A program made the position numbers and the translations under genes. Under the pieces are notes generated by a model, which was given only the letters and a program-made list of their open reading frames with translations, ran no database searches and was not told the DNA's origin. From positions 215,202,001 to 215,266,000 of the forward strand of contig OX597814.1 in assembly GCA_951406725.2 (NCBI GenBank): a DNA stretch of 64,000 nucleotides, given 5' to 3'. This DNA is from Octopus vulgaris (taxonomy: Eukaryota). Positions 1-13,099 of the stretch are shown piece by piece. The first letter of the stretch is position 1. Every line of letters starts with the position of its first letter.

Positions 1-98
1 TTATCGGCGATATAATGATAGAATTCGAAATGCTGACAATCGGGTTGGAAGGCTGGAAATTTTATGACAGTCAGATGTGAGTATTTTCATTTAATATA

Positions 99-334
99 TA
101 TTTCTTTACTACCCTCAAGGGACTAAACACAGAGGGGACAAACAAGGACAGACAAATGGATTAAGTCGATTATATCGACCCCAGTGCGTAACTGGTACTT
201 AATTTAATCGACCCCGAAAGGATGAAAGGCAAAGTCGACCTCGGCGGAACTTGAACTCAGAACGTAACGGCAGACGAAATACGGCTACGCATTTCACCCG
301 GCGTGCTAACGTTTCTGCCAGCTCGCCGCCTTCT
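99..334 (-). mobile_element. tRNA-derived SINE, family B
   Basis: Minus strand starts GGCGGCGAGCTGGCAGAAACGTTAGCA, has B-box-like GAGTTCAAGTTCC and central GTCGACTTTGCCTTTCATCCTTTCGGGGTCGAT. TSD TTTTCATTTAATATA at 84-98 and 335-349. Near-identical copy at 31197-31430. Confidence 0.85.
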
Positions 335-1039
335 TTTTCATTTAATATAACGATATAGTTGCTGTGGCTGCTTCAATACTCGTTGATAGAAAACGTGCAG
401 CATGAGAAATTATGACGATTCAATTAAGATTTTAAAGGAAGAAAAATTAACTATGAATATTGAATATCAACACATTTAATCTTAACACGTGTAGGCAGTT
501 TCTGACGCAAAATATGCTAGATCTCATTGGCGAATGACTTCTCTCTTTTTACGACAATTGTGTATTCAATACACTCGTCTAATTGATGCACGTCATTGTG
601 GGACGTCAGTGTTTCGTCAGCCAGAAGTATCCAGAATTTTGAGACTTGCCAAAGCCGATGTTTATGCCGACCGATAAAAATTAACAATTATTGTTTTAGC
701 TTTTTTCTTGATTTGGATATTTTTCGCCCGTGAAAGAAATACGATGCAGATTATAGAATGCATATCTAAAAGAAAAATCTTTGGAAACAAGACTAAGAAC
801 CATAAAAATTCCTCCCAAGAACTTGAGCTAAAATATGTGCTGCACACACAGCCAACCTCTCAACGTATAAAAACTATGTGTATTAAAGGTGGTGTTATAA
901 TGATGATGATGGTGATAGTGATGACTTTTCTAAACAAATGTATTTAGTAGAGATAAATAAAACTGTCAAACATATCTGCTGTTTCTAAACTGTTCAATAG
1001 CGAGATTATGTCGAAATTTGTAAAATAACTGTTATATTT

Positions 1040-1320
1040 TGAATATTGGGGATTCTGGCCACGTTAGGGCCTCCCATATGCATTCTACCTTGTTATGTTT
1101 AGTGATTGTATTTATTTATCTTTAGTGATTATATGGGGGTATTTTTAGACGCTTGCATGTGTATAAATTTTAGGTGGTGAGTCAGTGGGTTGCCAGATGG
1201 AGAGTGTTATGCCTTCTGTTCTACCTGCTGGTTGGTCTGGGATATGGGGGAGGAATCTATCCAAATAACGTTTAAAATCTTCAACAGATGCCATCGCCAT
1301 GTTCCCAATTTATTCAGGTG
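1040..1320 (-). pseudogene. 3' end of a CR1/L2-like LINE (ORF2 C-terminus plus 3' UTR)
   Basis: Minus strand translates SVEDFKRYLDRFLPHIPDQP, the same FK..LD..L..(I/V)PD.P motif as the LINE end at 60491-60796. Confidence 0.55.
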
Positions 1321-2186
1321 AAGAATAACGTAACTGTGGCAGAGAAGTACTGTTGTTGCATAATGCTTGGAACGCGTCCAATATTTTCCTCATTCAAGTA
1401 ATTTATACCTCAAGGACACTCCGGTTATTCCAGCATACAGACGTTTCTGTATTTACTGTTTGAATTGTTCCTTGGGTAGGAATTTAGCCTTTCCGTCTAC
1501 TATCACGTGGAGGTAGCGACATTGCCGTATTTTAGCTGCTTTCTAGATTAACAGATACACAATCTGTCGTAAATCAGTGAATATTAGAAAATGCGTCTAA
1601 CTCTTCACCTGACCAGTCAAATATAATGAGACACAAATGCAATAACACTGCATTGTATACATAAGTATATATTCCATAGGAACAAAAGTTTTGGAAAATG
1701 TTGCAGCATCTGTAAAGCGGTTCAAAGATAGAAACTGAAAACAGATCTCAGATCTGACTTACTCATTATTTGCAATAAAAGCGTGTGATTAACAAGTTCG
1801 TTTTGCAAACACATGGATCCAGGTTTGATCACACTGAGCGGTACTTTGCACAAGCATCTTCTACTTTAGGTGCTTGCTTGTGAGCAAAATTTGCTGGAAG
1901 CTTTGCTGGAGCTTATCGCAGTTATACGTATGCATGTATGCATGTATGCATGTATGCATGTATGCATGTATGCGTGTGTGCGCACATGTGCTGTCAGTTT
2001 TGCATATTTTCTTTTGTTTTTATATTTAAACACTTTAAAATTTCAAAATTTCCTGATTTTTATCAGAATTTGTAGTGTTTCGTTTGTTCCCCTTTCCTAT
2101 CACCGTAAGAAAGTGAATACGCTATACAAAATATGTCAAATGCAAAATTTTAATTTGTTTATTTCTAATATTATTCTATATATTCT

Positions 2187-2352
2187 AGGCGCAGGAGTGG
2201 CTGTGTGGTAAGTAGCTTGCTAACCAACCACATGGTTCCGGGTTCAGTCCCACTGCGTGGCATCTTGGGCAAGTGTCTTCTGCTATAGCCCCGGGCTGAC
2301 CAATGCCTTGTGAGTGGATTTGGTAGACGGAAACTGAAAGAAGCCTGTCGTA

Positions 2353-2423
<71 letters not shown>

Positions 2424-2637
2424 ATGTTTGTGTGTCTGTGTTTGTCTCCCTAGCATTGCTTGACAACCGATGCTGGTGTGTTTACGTCCCCGTCACTTAG
2501 CGGTTCGGAAAAGGAGACCGATAGAATAAGTACTGGACTTACAAAGAATAAGTCCCGGGGTCGATTTGCTCGACTAAAGGCGGTGCTCCAGCATGGCCGC
2601 AGTCAAATGACTGAAACAAGTAAAAGAGTAAAGAGTA
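2187..2637 (+). mobile_element. tRNA-derived SINE, family A (dominant family), full length
   Basis: A box TGGCTGTGTGG, B box GGTTCAGTCCC, CTTGGGCAAGT core, internal (TA)n(TG)n, LINE-type tail GGCGGTGCTCCAGCATGGCCGCAG...TGAAAC and (AAGAGT)n end. More than 12 related copies in the window. Confidence 0.9.
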
Positions 2638-2671
2638 AATATGAATTCATTTTAACACGCGTTCCGAAATA

Positions 2672-2705
<34 letters not shown>

Positions 2706-2716
2706 CGTGTGTGTGT

Positions 2717-3042
2717 ATTGGCGTTGGATACCTTGCCGTAGTTTATCTTTGCCGTAGTTTATCTTTGCCGTAGTTTATCATGCTAGTAGGGTGGAGAGGG
2801 TTTGTGAAGTACATTGGAAGTCTTATTAGACATAAAACTCTAGGTTGTGCAATCGCCGGCGAGGCGACAATCCGATACTCTGCCGTGTAGGAGGGAACTG
2901 CGGCGAGAATGGAGGCAGCAGATGCGAACCCAGGTGAAGTCGACAGCTGGTGCAATAACCTCATGCATGGGCATTGCTGGTATTTTGCATGGGCAATGGT
3001 TAGTGATGGTCTTCCTCAGTCACGATTGGATAAGCATCATCA
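2717..3042 (+). mobile_element. GC-rich short interspersed element, possibly RTE-derived, with a 16-bp tandem triplication at its left end
   Basis: About 320 bp GC-rich island between (TG)n and (CA)n. TTTGCCGTAGTTTATC-type unit x3 at ~2732-2780. Right end GATGGTCTTCCTCAG...GGATAAGCATCATC resembles RTE 3' termini. Confidence 0.35.
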
Positions 3043-3068
3043 CAGACACACAGACACACACACATATG

Positions 3069-3155
<87 letters not shown>

Positions 3156-3296
3156 CTATTCATAAAAATTTCAGGTTGCTTTCGCATGATGTAGCATTTC
3201 TGTTCATATATAAAAACACGTCTGAAACAGCTGTAGTGAACCACAATCCATTCGTTGTTATTTATTTTTACATCCCTCCCTCTCTCTCTCTCTTTC

Positions 3297-3341
<45 letters not shown>

Positions 3342-4085
3342 ATCAAAAGGATGTGTTATAACACTTCCACATATACAAAAAAAACAGCCATACCAACAAT
3401 CCAACAGACCTCCATCATCAGCTGCCCCACGGATATCATTATAGTTTCGGCACCTGGATAGTACCATTCAATCAGGCGGTGTCAACAACATTAAAAAAGT
3501 TTTGCTTGGGAACAAACATAAAAAAAGCACAAGTTTCAAACACATTTACCTTGTGTACAACAGTATTCAATCTAAATATATGCAGGATTAAACCCTAACT
3601 TTAAAATTAAACTACAAGTAACACATAAATCTATGTACATCGGAATCGGCATTAATAGTAAACCTACAATAACTAAATTATATACTAAATAGTGACCAAT
3701 CTTTTAATGCATACAAATAATAATCCCACCAGTCTTCCATAGTTACTACTATAATAAAAGAAAGTGAAAGCTTTATTTCAATTTTCTCCAAAACGAAACA
3801 CGATTGAATTTAATTTAACGAATGATATTATAATTATGAGGGAAATACATTATTTCATAATTTAAAAGTTAATAATAAAAACACTAAATACTCTTAATAT
3901 ATATTATCCCTTCAAGCTATAATGTAAACTTACCAGTAATTAATAGAAACATTAAATTTATTAAATAGGAACCATTAAAAGTATACTTGTAATTAACTAT
4001 TATTATCAAACCACATGGTTCCATCACTTCTAGAACTTAAAAGGTTAACTTGAATCATAAACATTCCATATCTTTACAAATATTT

Positions 4086-4183
4086 GCTAAGTTGAAGACG
4101 AGATGATGCCCCATATTCAAGTTTTTGCCAATTTACTCCGTTGTTTTATTAAATTACTTATATATACACACACATATGCAAAT

Positions 4184-4246
<63 letters not shown>

Positions 4247-4365
4247 CTAAGTTGAAGACGAGATGATGCCTCATATTCATTTAAAATTTCAAGTCTCCCA
4301 CCTGAACAGCGATTAAAAGTTTTAGCCAATTTACCATATCTAGACCCTTGTTTTATTAAATTACT

Positions 4366-4367
<2 letters not shown>
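4086..4367 (+). repeat. Two related (TA)n-bounded element ends in tandem
   Basis: GCTAAGTTGAAGACGAGATGATGCC...TTGTTTTATTAAATTACTT occurs at 4086-4160 and 4245-4367, each followed by a TA-rich run. Confidence 0.7.
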
Positions 4368-4403
<36 letters not shown>

Positions 4404-4456
4404 TATATATATGCATGTGTATGCGTTCGCATACACGTGCGTATGTACGTACGTAC

Positions 4457-4487
<31 letters not shown>

Positions 4488-5289
4488 TGTATGTATGTAT
4501 GTATCTATGTATGTATGTAGTCGTTGGATTCTCAGTAGTTCCTTCTTTCTCTTTCAAGGGAGAAAAATCTTATTGTGTATCCTGTTCTTTTTTATTCTTT
4601 TAGTAAAATAAATATATATTATATAATTATATATTATTCAATATCATGTAATCTTTATATATTTAGTTTTCTATTCTTTATTCGATTCAACAATAAGTTA
4701 TTAAATATTTGTAATTACAAGTCAATATTTCGATTTTGTTTGCATCGCTTCAGTAAGATGTAATCACGAATTGGTAAAGTCGTTAGAGTGTCAAATATAC
4801 TACCGCGAGATATTTGTTCTGAGTTTCAAGTTCAAATCCTACCGAAGTCAACTTTACTTTTCGTCCTTCCAGACTCGACTCGATAAAAATGACCAGTCCA
4901 GCGTGGTGAGTCAGTGGAGTTGTAAGAAAGCTGGACCAAATCCCTAGTAGTATTTGTTCACTTTCTTTTTGTTCTGAGTTCAAATCCCACCAAAGTCTAC
5001 ATAGGTGACAGATTTAATTTTTTGCCCTATTTAACACAATCACCTGACACCTTAAGTGTTTAGTAGAGTCCTCTGTGTTGTAAGCAATCGGACCAAGTCT
5101 CCAATTTGTGAATACTTTCTTTCTTTTGTCCCATGAGTCACTAGGCCCCGTAAAGGATCATACGTTTTATCTTCCATCCTGATTATAAGTTTATGAAAAG
5201 GAAACAATTTGGAAAAGAGAAAGGGAGAGGTTGATAGGTATCTGCAGGTATATTTAATGGAAATATTTGATCACAAGAGAGCACACACA

Positions 5290-5418
5290 ATACATACATA
5301 CATACATACATACATACATACATACATACATACATACATACATACATACATACATACATACATACATACATACATGCATACATGCATACATACATACATA
5401 CATACATACATACATACA

Positions 5419-5448
<30 letters not shown>
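5290..5448. repeat. (TACA)n microsatellite
   Basis: Direct reading. Confidence 0.95.
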
Positions 5449-5450
<2 letters not shown>

Positions 5451-6482
5451 GTCCCCAATATACTGTTTGAAAAAGGACACGAAAGATCCTCACTTAATAA
5501 TCTCCCAATAATCCGGTATAGAAATATATAAGTACTAAAATATTCAATTTTCTCCTCTTGTATACCTAGTCACAAGAAAGCTAATGAGAAAAATGAAAGT
5601 CAGATCTTCAGCTGAATGAGGACAGATGGACAGTAGACTCTAACCTTTAGAATGATTTGCAGAAATTTGAGCGCAAAACTTTGAGGCTAAAGCTCCACAT
5701 CCACAGCAATCAACCACCTTTTTCCTTTGTAAATATAAATCTTAAATTGTATTTCATTTATGGGAAGAGTCGTTAAAGCGTGGAATAACTTTTCTTAATT
5801 TAGGCACAAGGGTAATAATATCCAGGAACGAAAGAGTAATCGATACCATCGACTCCAGTACTTGACTGGTACTTCATTTGATCGGTACAAGATGAATAAA
5901 TGGCACAGCTGACCCCAGTGAGATTTGAACTCAGAATGTAAAGACACTCCCCCCACCCAAAAAAAACAACGTAGGTAATATGCCTCACAGTATTTATTTC
6001 GATTCTTTGTGTCTTGGTTTCAAATCCTAACCGGCCAACTTTACCTTTCATCCCCTTGGGGTCGATGAAATGAAGTACCGATCTACGGTGGCAGACTGGC
6101 AGAATTACAAGGAGATCAGATCGGATGCCCAGCAGCATTTGTTGCATTCTGAGTTCAAATCCCGTCATTGCTTGATTGGATGATATACAAAAATCCTTTG
6201 TCCGGTTTAATATCACTAATTCGAATTTCCTGTGCTTTTAGCGAGTTTCATTCTGTTGCAAGCATTTGGGTCAAACCCTCGGTTTCAGAATGACTCCCTC
6301 CCTCCCACCCTCCATCTCACCAATCTTGGAAGCCTAGTAAAGAGTCATGGATACTACCTTTCCTCCTAACAGAAACGTTAAAAGAAAAGACCCAAATCGA
6401 TATTAAATAGACGCACGCAGACTCACATACACCTATGTATGAATTAACATTGATACACAGGTAGACTGTCATGTGTCTACAA

Positions 6483-6501
6483 GATAGATAGATAGATAGA
6501 T

Positions 6502-6599
<98 letters not shown>

Positions 6600-6600
6600 A
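6483..6600. repeat. (GATA)n microsatellite
   Basis: Direct reading. Confidence 0.95.
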
Positions 6601-6835
6601 CAGATAGAGAAAGAGAGAAATAGAGAGATATAGAGAACGAAGAAGAGAAAAATTTCTCAGTAGTGGAAATAAATCGTAATTTAAGCTGTCAAATCTCAGG
6701 ACAAAATCTGAAGGCGAAATTTCATAACTGCGAAAATTGTTCTTCGGGTCAGATCAAAATAGTATTATTTGGATGGCATCTGTATGATAGTATGATAAAT
6801 GTAATGGGTATGTGCATATAACACGCACACACACG

Positions 6836-6869
<34 letters not shown>

Positions 6870-7839
6870 TTTATGCCCGTGTTTCTGTCTAAAAGCGTAC
6901 ATCTGTGTATAATCAACATAGGTTTTCACCTTGAGATTCTATGATCATCTCGACAGATTGTCAATGTTCAAATCAGCGTGGTTTAAATTTCGTCCAGTCT
7001 GGATGAAATATTAACAGGATTCACCACCATCCACTCGAAGCACAAAACCTGATATGCAAAGTATCAACCACTTATCGATCGCATAGGATGCTCGGGATTG
7101 TAATATATCATAAAAGCCTGGCGTTGATATCAAGAACAGGTGTTCCGATGTCATAACAACATCGAGGCACCAATCATTGCACCAATTATTTCTAGAAATG
7201 ATTTTAAAAAAATAATGATATTTTATCTGTTAAGTTTGTGGAAATCTGTAGATAGGCTATTTATTATAACTCCCCTTTCTATCTCTCTCACTGTGATGGC
7301 AATGTTTATTCAAAACGTGCTTGTAATATATCGAGATATTTGGTTTCTGTGAAAGCTTTTATGAGATACTTTGCATATACGAGTATTAGATTACGATTAT
7401 TATCATCACCTTGTATCTCATATTTCAAGATATATTTATCACGCAGAAACGTATGCGTGGACATACATGGATGTGCACACATACATGCTCAAACACAAAC
7501 ACACACACACACGCAAACACACCCAGTCACACACATACACAAACACAAACACATACCGAGGCATGCACACATGTTTCTTTTGCTCGGCTGTTAAATAATG
7601 ATTGTTAGTGTGCGCTCGTATCCTATGATAAAATAAATTTGCTTCTATCATGTGAAAGAGAGAAAGAGAAAGAGAAGCAGAGAGAGAGAGAGAGAGGCAG
7701 TGGCGGAGAAAGGAAGGACAGAAGATGGAGGGTCTATTTTAATATAAATTCTTTTCTTTTGCTCTTTCTCTCACACACGCGTTCTCTTTTTCTCTCTCTT
7801 TCTTTCTTTCACACATTTTCTTTCTCTCATACACACATT

Positions 7840-8145
7840 CTCGCTTTCCCCCCTCTCTCTCTTTCTCACACTCATTCTCTCTCTTTTTCTCTCACACTCA
7901 TTCTCTCTCTTTTCCTCTCACACTCATTCTCTCTCTTTCTCATTCTCATTCTCTCTCTTTTTCTCTCACACTCATTCTCTCTCTCTTTCTCATACTCATT
8001 CTCTCTCTTTTTCTCTCACACTCATTCTCTCTTTTTCTCTCACACTCATTCTCTCTCTTTTCCTCTCACACTCATTCTCTCTCTTTCTCATTCTCATTCT
8101 CATTCTCTCTCTTTTTCTCTCACACTCATTCTCTCTCTCTCTTCT
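7840..8145. repeat. Pyrimidine-rich minisatellite, ~24-26 bp unit CTCACACTCATTCTCTCTCTTTTT
   Basis: About a dozen tandem variants; explains the HSLSFSL ORF 7639-8172. Confidence 0.85.
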
Positions 8146-8921
8146 CTTCCTATTTGTCATTATTTGAAATGAATCGCGAAAAACGCATAGGGTACATTCA
8201 ATAAATCTATCTTCGTATTCCCAATACTATCTTTCTTTCTCTATCTCTCTCTCTCTCTCTTCCCCCTTAAGTATTTATCTATTCTTCTACCTAATTATGT
8301 TTGATATATGTAATGAGAAAACAGATAATCTCTAGATGTTAGATGCATACAGACACTGGAAACATAGTATCTATCTGTCTAAGAAATTATTTATTATTTG
8401 CAAGGAATAAAAAAATGCATATGACTACTTAAATTTACATGAAAAAGCCAAAGCTATACCTGAAATTTATTGTAAAGATTACGAACACATTTTCACTGTC
8501 CTCTTAGAAAATTTGGCATGTAGTCAATGCTAATGGACTAGTATTAATGAAGCTGATTGTATTCTTGTTGCTAAGAGTACAAACTGTGGACCCGAAGATA
8601 GATAGGGTGATTACTGTTCTTTTACCAATTACCATTGTCATCTTGCCTGAAGAAATGTAAAATAATCGATATTTCTAACCACTTTTAAGAATCGAGGCTA
8701 ATTAAAGGTGAATTTTCCACAGAAAACATCATTTGACGAAAGAAAATATCAGCTGGGTGTTATTTTGAACCGAGATAGGTGACAGACATATTTAACACTT
8801 TCCATTGTGAGAGCTAAAAGAAGACAACAGGTTCATTGGAAGGCATTGCATATGACTGCGAACGAATTCATCCAAACCATATATAAATTCTTTCATTACA
8901 CACAAATAAACTCAGGCATAT

Positions 8922-9314
8922 GGATGGATGGAAGCACTCCGTCGGTTACGACGATGAGGGTTCCGGTTGATCCGAATCAACGGAACAGCCTGCTCGTGAA
9001 ATTAACGTGTAAGTGGCTGAGCACTCCACAGACACATGTACCCTTAACGTAGTTCTCGGGGATATTCAGCGTAACACAGAGAGTGACAAGGCCGTCCCCT
9101 TGAAATACAGGTACAACAGAAACAGGAAGTAAGAGTGAGAGAAATTTGTGGTGAAAGAGTACAGCAGGGATCACCACCATCCCCTGCCGGAGCCTCGTGG
9201 AGCTTTTAGGTGTTTTCGCTCAATAAACACTCACAACGCCCGGTCTGGGAATTGAAACCGCGATCCTATGACCGCGAGTCCGCTGCCCTAACCACTGGGC
9301 CATTGCGCCTCCAC
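8922..9314 (-). mobile_element. tRNA-derived SINE, family C1 (OR-like head)
   Basis: Minus strand starts GTGGAGGCGCAATGGCCCAGTGGTTAGGGCAGCGGACTCGCGGTC, B box GGTTTCAATTCC, (ATCC)n tail. 14-bp TSD AAACTCAGGCATAT at 8908-8921 and 9315-9328. Confidence 0.9.
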
Positions 9315-9609
9315 AAACTCAGGCATATAGACTGGTATATCTATACTTGCACAACTTTCTCTTTCTCTCACACACGCATATACACACAAGCACACATTTA
9401 CGAACACATATATTGATGTTTCATTTCATATGGAGTTATATATAAAAAAACAAGTTAACATTAAACAGGGATACTTGTTGATTTTAAGCAGAATACGCAT
9501 TTAGTCATTTTCACACGAAAAAAGGCTAATGGTGACTTCGAAACTTTGGCATGCCAGCCGTTGCCAGCTGGGTATCCGAAATTCGAACTCATTTTCAAAC
9601 TTTTCCTTA

Positions 9610-9665
<56 letters not shown>

Positions 9666-9669
9666 TAAT

Positions 9670-9722
9670 ATGTGACAATTATTTGGTAGCCATGATAAAA
9701 CTCCGAGTTTCGGATCCTGACC
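9670..9722 (-). ncRNA. 3' half of a hammerhead-like motif (same family as 62525-62610)
   Basis: Reverse complement GGATCC-GAAA-CTCGGAG-TT-TTATCATGGCTACCAAATAATTGTCACATAT matches 62565-62611; bounded by (TA)n. Confidence 0.55.
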
Positions 9723-9732
9723 ATTTTTATCA

Positions 9733-9784
<52 letters not shown>

Positions 9785-9846
9785 GAATGTATGTATGTGT
9801 GTGTGTAAAAGCATAATCCATATACATACATATATATATCTATCTA

Positions 9847-11109
9847 CTAGCAAACGCACCTGTCCTTTGGACGGTTTAAGTTGCTTTGGTGGTATTTTTT
9901 CACCAAATAATTGAACTACCGAGAAGATTTGTGAGTAGCACGGCTACCTATGTTTCCGATTAACCTAGGAACAGAAAATCAAATTGAAGGCTGGTTATTG
10001 TAGAGGCCATTGTACTTTAATGATCATAGAACCTATAAGTTTGCAAGTGATGCAAAATAGAGCTACTGAAGTGTTTTGGGAGTAGATTACGGATAATGAC
10101 TACAAAATATAGTTGTTTTACATGAAAGCGAAATTTCTTGTCAGAAACAGTCACATAAATGGTGTAAGGAAATTGAAGGAACACATTACTTCCTTTCTGC
10201 AAGTTTATTTTTTTCAACAGCAAAGGGAGCTATTTTTTTCGTAGAGATAAGCTAACAAAAGCTCCTTTATTCTATCTTCCCACATAGCCTGCGCATAAAC
10301 TAACAGCGAATGCTACACAAAGTTAAATTGGAATGGAGCTTTCTGAAAGATACGTATAGCTTTCGCTAGTGGAATCAAAAGGTTAAACGTTGATTCTTTG
10401 GGACGAATGATATGTGATTATTTAAAAAAAGGCTACAACGACAATGCTAAAACATATTTTAAACAATGAACAATAGTCGAAATATCATAAGGGATGGGTA
10501 AATAAGCATCCTTAAAGTGAAACAACGCATTGGTAGGTAAACAAAGGTATCAAGAAATAGAAGAGAGGGAAGGAAACATCACCTTTCAAATAACCCACAA
10601 TAGGTAAAGGTAAGCTTGCCAAAGTTTAATGTAGTTTGAATATGGAGATTAAGATTATTTGGTATTGGATATTCATCACCTACAGTGTTCCTTGTCAATT
10701 TAATCACCGTGGCAGGTGGACAGTCGAAATATATAGACAAAATCCTTTCATTTTTATAAAAAGATTTAAAAAGTATGGAATACCTACATGCAATAAAAAC
10801 TCTAGGCAAAATGTTATAGTGCATGATCATCCTTGGGACATAAGTAATGTGTGTGTAAAGTTTGGTGAAAATCGGTTGAGAATTGTGGAAATGTATGCGT
10901 TCAGTGTTCCTAATCAATTTAATCACCGTCGCTGTGGACAGTGAAAATAAATAAATAGGCAAAATCCTTTCACTTTTACAAAAAAAAAAAGATTAAAAGG
11001 TATGGAAGACACTACGTACAAAAAACTATGTCCTTTTATGTCCATTTGGTGAAAATCGGTTGAGAATTGTGGAAATGTGTGCGTTAGTCTGTGATTTATA
11101 TATACTAGA
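9847..11109 (-). mobile_element. Non-autonomous Helitron-like element with an internal ~200-bp tandem duplication
   Basis: On the minus strand it starts TC(TAGTATATATAAA) and ends with a short GC hairpin followed by CTAG, in an A|T site. Duplicated units at 10683-10901 and 10902-11086. Confidence 0.6.
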
Positions 11110-11417
11110 TATAACTAATACATATCATTTTATTCATTTTTTCATTTTATCTAGTTTCAGCTCACTAGCTGTGGCCATGCTGGGGCACTGCCATTATATA
11201 TAATTTTTCTAATTTTGGCACAAGAACAGCAATTTAGAGCGGAAGGTGAAGTCGATCACATTGACTCCAGAGTTTAATTGATACTTATTTTATCGACCAC
11301 GAAAGGATGAAAAGCGAAGTCGATCTCAGTGTCATTTGAACTCAGAATGTAAAGACGGAAGAAATGTTGTTAAGCATTTTATCCATCGTTAAACTTAAAT
11401 TCTGCCAGCTTTCCACC

Positions 11418-12355
11418 TTACATACATACATACATACACACATATATACATACACACATACATACATAAATATATACATACATGCATACGTACATACATA
11501 CATACATACATACATACATACATACATACATACATACACACATACATACATAAATATATACATACATGCATACGTACATACATACAAACATACATACATA
11601 CATACATACATACATACATAAATACAAACATACAAACATACATACATACAAACATACACACATACATACATACATACATACATATACAAACATACAAACA
11701 TACATACATACATACATACATACATACACACATACATACAAACATACAAACATACATACATACACACATACATACATACATACATACATACATACATACA
11801 TACATACATACATACATACACACATACATACATACATACATACATACATACATACATACATACATACATACATACATACATACATACACACATACATACA
11901 TACATACATACATACATACATACATACATACATACATACATACATACATACATACATACATACATACATACATACATACATACATACATACATACATACA
12001 CATACATACATACATACATACATACATACATACATACATACATACATACACATACACACATACATACATACATACATACATACATACATACATACATACA
12101 TACAACATACATACATACACATACATACATACATACATACATACATACATACATACATGCATGCATGCATACATACATACATACATACATACATACATAC
12201 ACACATACATACATACATACACATACATGCATGCATGCATACATACATACATACATACACACATACATACATACATACATACATACATACATACATACAT
12301 ACATACACACATACATACATACATACATACATACATACATACATACATACATACA

Positions 12356-12387
<32 letters not shown>

Positions 12388-12486
12388 CATACATACATAC
12401 ATACACACATACATACATACACACATACATACATACATACATACATACATACATACATACATACATACATACATACATACATACAC
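11418..12486. repeat. ~1.07 kb imperfect (TACA)n microsatellite
   Basis: Direct reading; source of the MYVC/HTYI pseudo-ORFs. Confidence 0.95.
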
Positions 12487-12672
12487 AAGCGAACATTCAT
12501 ATGAATGAATTGAAATATGTACGTTCATGAACTACTCAGTCACTTAGCTATGACCGCGTCACTTATATAAATCCCGTATGAACAATTGAATATGTTTATG
12601 CACGCAGACACTTCATATCTATACTGAAATAATGCGTGTTGTTTTATACTTCTTTTATTTTTCAAAATTAAT

Positions 12673-12844
12673 AGGCGCAGGAGTGGCTGTGTGGTAGGTA
12701 GCTTGTTTACCAACCACATGGTTGCGGGTTCAGTCCCACTGCGTGGCATCTTGGGTAAGTGTCTTCTGCTATAGCCCCGGGCCGACCAATGCCTTGTGAG
12801 TGGATTTGGTAGACGGAAACTGAAAGAAGCCTGTCGTATATATG

Positions 12845-12875
<31 letters not shown>

Positions 12876-13095
12876 CTGTGTTTGTGTGTCTGTGTTTGTC
12901 CCCCTAGCATTGCTTGACAACCGATGCTGGTGTGTTTACGTCCCCGTCACTTAGCGGTTCGGCAAAAGAGACCGATAGAATAAGTACTGGGCTTACAAAA
13001 AAATAAGTCCCGGGGTCGATTTGATCGACTAAAGGCGGCGCTCCAGCATGGCCGCAGTCAAATGACTGAAAAAAGTAAAAGAGTAAAAGAGTAAA
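12673..13095 (+). mobile_element. SINE family A, full length
   Basis: Near-identical to 2187-2637. Confidence 0.9.
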
Positions 13096-13099
13096 GTTC

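Noticed and set aside
2187-2260. tRNA-like sequences at SINE heads
   Set aside because: They have A and B boxes but no complete cloverleaf and continue into SINE bodies; not tRNA genes.
6930-7195. Coding-like unique stretch
   Set aside because: The minus-strand frames I read hit stops and no domain is recognisable.
11342-12530. 300-380 aa ORFs (MYVC/HTYI repeats), likewise at 36177-37318 and many YI/CV-rich ORFs
   Set aside because: Translations of stop-free microsatellites, not genes.
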